A stretch of DNA of 64,000 nucleotides, from NCBI RefSeq assembly GCF_045037415.1, contig NZ_CP173438.1; one strand, given 5' to 3'. Origin of the DNA: Escherichia coli (GTDB lineage Bacteria; Pseudomonadota; Gammaproteobacteria; Enterobacterales; Enterobacteriaceae). Within the stretch, counting starts at the first letter, position 1. The number at the start of each line of letters is the position of its first letter. A program made the translations under genes and the position numbers. Below, piece after piece: positions 60,662 to 64,000 of the stretch. The notes below the pieces were generated by a model. That model saw only the letters and a program-made list of their open reading frames with translations. It ran no database searches and was not told where the DNA came from.

Positions 60662-61150
60662 TTACCCCAACCTCAAGTTCTTTAAACGATAAGTCATCGC
60701 ATCGTCAGATACGCCAAAATAATGCGCCATTATATAACTTGGTTGACCGTCAGCGTGCAGTTTTCTGACCTCATCTACCGGCATCAGAAGTTCTGCTGCG
60801 AACTTGTTTGCAAAAATTTCATCAGGATGCGTTCCGGCGCTTGCGGTTTCGCCACGTAAATCAACGTACTCATATTCATCGCTATGCGATGCTTGCCGGG
60901 CGATGTAATGCCCCAACTCATGCCCACATGAAAAACGTTGACGAACTTTGTTGTCATCACTGTTTAGAAAGATCGCTGGATCTTGATCTTTTTGTTTAAT
61001 CAGTGCGCCAGAAACTTTCCCAGGAAGATCGGTAATAAAAACATCTAATCCCATGTCGTGAGCAATTTTCGCTGGATCAACAGGGAAACCACGCCCGCAC
61101 CAGAACGTGTCCAGCACTCGCCGGGCGTGCTCTCTTGGGTTGGTAGCCAT
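60662..61150 (-). CDS. ImmA/IrrE-family Zn-metallopeptidase (COG2856-like)
   Basis: HEXXH motif in SCGHELGHYIA; 162 aa; GGAGG RBS. Confidence 0.75.
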   Translation of the reverse strand: MATNPREHARRVLDTFWCGRGFPVDPAKIAHDMGLDVFITDLPGKVSGALIKQKDQDPAIFLNSDDNKVRQRFSCGHELGHYIARQASHSDEYEYVDLRGETASAGTHPDEIFANKFAAELLMPVDEVRKLHADGQPSYIMAHYFGVSDDAMTYRLKNLRLG

Positions 61151-61526
61151 AGCTCCTCCAGTTACTGCATTACGATTATTGGTTGAAATATAGACAGCAT
61201 GTTCCGTACCACATTCCTGTAAAAGTGCAAATTCTGCACTTCTGGTACGATATTAACTGTTAGTAGTAAAGTCTTCCAGATAAATCACTTTAAAATCTTG
61301 TGAATTGCTTGCTTTTTACGCTGTATTGTGGATGGTTCAATGTTTCCAGTAAAAACATACATGATAATCATGAGTTTAGTGTTTTTTTAGGCGTCTATAT
61401 GTTTCTGGAAAATACAGGTCTAACCTGATCTTATCGTTGAGATTTTTTGTACTCAGTATGCGTGAACGATTCGACCAGGTGACTGTGTACGTGAAGAAGA
61501 CCGCCCTTAATATTTTAAATGTGCAA

Positions 61527-61542
61527 CCCCTCAGAAGAGGGG
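61527..61542 (-). terminator. Hairpin downstream of the 77-aa gene, possible terminator
   Basis: CCCCTC-AGAA-GAGGGG followed on the minus strand by an A/T-rich tract. Confidence 0.4.
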
Positions 61543-61548
61543 CTACTC

Positions 61549-61782
61549 TCACTTCTGCAGTATCTCGCCAATACCTGCCAGATTCTCGTCCATCTTGTCA
61601 CCGTTTTCGATAAGGATGGAGTTGAGCCGATTCAGTTGCATAGCAATTTCAAGTTTGATTAAGGTATCCACCGATACACCAGTTTCTTTTGCTAACTTAG
61701 TAAGAGCCGCAGCTCGATTGGCTAAATTAAAATCATCGAACTCATAACGACTTCTGCACGGCTGGTTGCCTAACGTACCCAT
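61549..61782 (-). CDS. Hypothetical small prophage protein
   Basis: 77-aa ORF with GAGGA RBS. Confidence 0.5.
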   Translation of the reverse strand: MGTLGNQPCRSRYEFDDFNLANRAAALTKLAKETGVSVDTLIKLEIAMQLNRLNSILIENGDKMDENLAGIGEILQK

Positions 61783-62025
61783 AGTGATTCCTCATGATAT
61801 AAAGACCCAACAATATAAATTACCAGGCACATCATAAGATAGGGTTCCAGCCCATATTTTCAAATATTTGCAAGTATCACCGTTCAGTCTAAAAAGTTGG
61901 ATGATGATTTAACGAGCCATAACAAAACCCTGCCTCGGAGGTTTTTTCTTTTTTATAGAACTCAGCGGCGTGAAAACGAATAATAAATTGTGCAAATAGT
62001 GCAGTTTTTATTATTCGAGGTAATT

Positions 62026-62667
62026 ATGAAAACCTTCTATGAGGACTGGCCTGAAACTTTCGTTAGCCGGTTAGATATGTTACGGGCGTTGGATGATCGC
62101 GGTTCGACCCGGAGGCTCTATCTTGAACGGACCGGGGCAATATTTGACGCTCTGGCAGAAGAGATACGTACAGTCGTTGCCGGGCATCCTGAAATCGACG
62201 TGAGTGAACTTGATATCGGGCCGCTGTATCGCTATTACAAACGTGGAGAAAAGGGGAATCCGCTGGCTGACTTACTTATTGAGTTGGCTCCACCAACTTG
62301 TGAACGGGTTCGTATATCTCCTGAAGTGTACATAATCCCGTATCTGTTTTTTGCACTGTTGATAGCGCAAGGCGCTGACAACGATGCCCGCGATTTTTTC
62401 AATATGATGATGCGACCGTTAATCATCGCCTACCGTTTCAAACAACTGGCGCGATACCTGGGAACAAAGGGCGGAGGACGACCACAGCACAGATTAAAAA
62501 GCGAAGCCATTGAACTGGCTGATCGTTTTTTTACTGAAAACCCGACAGCGCCATTATCGCGTGGCGTGCAATACATATCCGGTATTTTTGTGGCGAAATA
62601 CTCTGACCCACCTGCAGCGTCGACGATTAGAAAATGGTTAATTCCAATTTACAGGAGTGATAAATAA
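62026..62667 (+). CDS. Hypothetical prophage protein
   Basis: 213 aa from MKTFYEDWPETF with GAGG RBS; no recognisable motif. Confidence 0.55.
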   Translation: MKTFYEDWPETFVSRLDMLRALDDRGSTRRLYLERTGAIFDALAEEIRTVVAGHPEIDVSELDIGPLYRYYKRGEKGNPLADLLIELAPPTCERVRISPEVYIIPYLFFALLIAQGADNDARDFFNMMMRPLIIAYRFKQLARYLGTKGGGRPQHRLKSEAIELADRFFTENPTAPLSRGVQYISGIFVAKYSDPPAASTIRKWLIPIYRSDK

Positions 62668-62818
62668 TGACCATAAACGGTTTAATCCCCTATAAAACCG
62701 TTTAATAAAATTCACGACGTGAATATAATTGTTCATTATTCCCTCATTGTATTTGGCGTTATGACAAATGCCATAAAATACTGTATAAATATACAGGTTG
62801 TGGCATTGGGGGGAAGAC

Positions 62819-62998
62819 ATGAATATTCAAGAATCTATAGGCGAACTACCGGAAACATGCCGGGCTGTTATCAAGCGTAAGGACGGACACATCGTTGGTG
62901 TGCGTGTTCTGACCGATGATGAGCGGATTGCCAGCCTGATGGCGTTTCTCGAGTTGGCAGAAATAGCTGGATATACTATTACACCCCCTGACGCGTAA
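62819..62998 (+). CDS. Hypothetical small prophage protein
   Basis: 59 aa from MNIQESIGELPE. Confidence 0.4.
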   Translation: MNIQESIGELPETCRAVIKRKDGHIVGVRVLTDDERIASLMAFLELAEIAGYTITPPDA

Positions 62999-63075
62999 AA
63001 CACGGTATAATATCGGTGCTGGATTGAACACCCGGCATCATTTTCTGAACACTGCCGCGCCACCTGGAGTTAACC

Positions 63076-63672
63076 ATGGCGCAGCATTCATTTATCAGGG
63101 TATCCGGCGGTTCGCTAATACCCGCGACACCAGACACGCAACGCTGGTTGACTGAACGAGTCAAACCAGGTGCTGTTGTGTATGCAGATTTCAAACAGGC
63201 GCGTAATCCCGCGTTTCATCGTAAATTTTTCTCACTTCTCAACCTGGGCTTTGATTACTGGCATCCGTCCGGAGGGGCTATTTCTCCTGCGGAGCGCGAA
63301 CTGGTTCACGGCTACGTTAAGTTACTGGCGTATTACGGTGGACACGGTGATGTCATGGCAGAGCTGGCTGATCAGTATCTTCTCGATGAGTCGGAAAAGC
63401 GCGCGGGGAGTATCAGTGCGGTGAAGTCGTTCGAGGCGTTTCGCGCATGGGCGATTATGGAAGCTGGGTTTTATGACGTTCATCAGATGCCAGACGGCAG
63501 TTTGATGCGCGTACCTCGTTCAATCTCGTTTGCAGCGATGGACGATCTTGAGTTCGGTCAACTGTATTCAGCCGTTTTAGATGTGCTGTGGAATTATATT
63601 TTGTTCCGCACATTTGCCTCTCAGGAGGCCGCTGAAAATGCCGCCGCGCAGCTGCTGGATTACACATCATGA
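63076..63672 (+). CDS. Conserved lambdoid-phage protein of unknown function
   Basis: 198-aa ORF with GGAG RBS. Confidence 0.55.
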   Translation: MAQHSFIRVSGGSLIPATPDTQRWLTERVKPGAVVYADFKQARNPAFHRKFFSLLNLGFDYWHPSGGAISPAERELVHGYVKLLAYYGGHGDVMAELADQYLLDESEKRAGSISAVKSFEAFRAWAIMEAGFYDVHQMPDGSLMRVPRSISFAAMDDLEFGQLYSAVLDVLWNYILFRTFASQEAAENAAAQLLDYTS

Positions 63673-63962
63673 AAAAAATCGACCTGAGAAAAGCTGCACG
63701 CAGTCGCGCTTGTACTGTGCGTATCCCCGGTGTGTGCAATCACAATCCTGAAACCAGCGTACTGGCTCATTATCGTCTCGCCGGAACGTGCGGCACAGCC
63801 ATCAAACCTCACGATATGCAGGGCGCTATCGCCTGCAGTGCGTGTCACGATGCCATCGACGGACGTACAAAAACGGATTACGAGCACGACTCATTGTTGT
63901 TGATGCACGCTGAGGGAGTTTTCAGAACACTGGCTATCTGGCGCGATGAGGAGTTTATCTGA
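63669..63962 (+). CDS. Cys-rich lambdoid-phage protein (putative Zn-binding)
   Basis: Paired cysteines at CTVRIPGVC and CSACHD; start overlaps upstream stop. Confidence 0.5.
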   Translation: MKKIDLRKAARSRACTVRIPGVCNHNPETSVLAHYRLAGTCGTAIKPHDMQGAIACSACHDAIDGRTKTDYEHDSLLLMHAEGVFRTLAIWRDEEFI

Positions 63963-64000
63963 TGAGTAACGAGTATTTATTGGAATATACCCGCATAAAA

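Larger units (their letters stand above)
44301..64000. mobile_element. Lambdoid prophage integrated next to the tRNA-Leu 3' end; left arm and early/replication/cargo regions, continuing beyond window end
   Basis: Tyrosine integrase and excisionase-like gene immediately after the tRNA; recombination, immunity (cI-like/cro-like), replication (initiator, DnaB helicase) and nin-like modules in lambdoid order. Confidence 0.85.

Overview
Enterobacterial (Escherichia coli-type) chromosomal segment, recognised by reading the translated ORFs; no database search was run. Left to right: hchA 5' end, intact yedS porin, yedR, yedJ, dcm-vsr, yedA, yedI, yodC, dgcQ, yedP, DsrA sRNA, yodD, dsrB, rcsA, then the flagellar region fliR-fliF (minus strand) with divergent fliE. 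Between fliE and yedF sits a small accessory patch: emrE-ybcL-ybcM (a trio otherwise known from the DLP12 prophage) plus a degenerate IS200/IS605 remnant that truncates yedK. Core genes resume with yedF-yedE-yedD-amyA-fliTSD, fliC, fliA, fliZ, tcyJ, dcyD, tcyLN, sdiA, yecF, uvrY, uvrC, pgsA and the tRNA cluster Gly-Cys-Leu. From the 3' end of tRNA-Leu (about 44.3 kb) to the window end lies a lambdoid prophage: integrase, excisionase-like gene, a 738-aa protein with a Rad52/Sak-like C-terminus, a 1-kb repeat-rich noncoding stretch, a frameshifted cI-like repressor divergent from a cro-like gene, replication initiator and DnaB-like helicase, small nin-like ORFs and an ORF6N antirepressor-like gene. 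The most interesting part is an AT-rich cargo region at 56.6-61.9 kb: a 3.4-kb cassette (lipoprotein plus a 232-aa single-pass membrane protein) bounded by 68-bp direct repeats, followed by a translationally coupled operon of an ImmA/IrrE-type Zn-metallopeptidase and a 2-TM membrane protein. I propose this as a candidate uncharacterised defence or exclusion locus; that is inference from gene content and context only.
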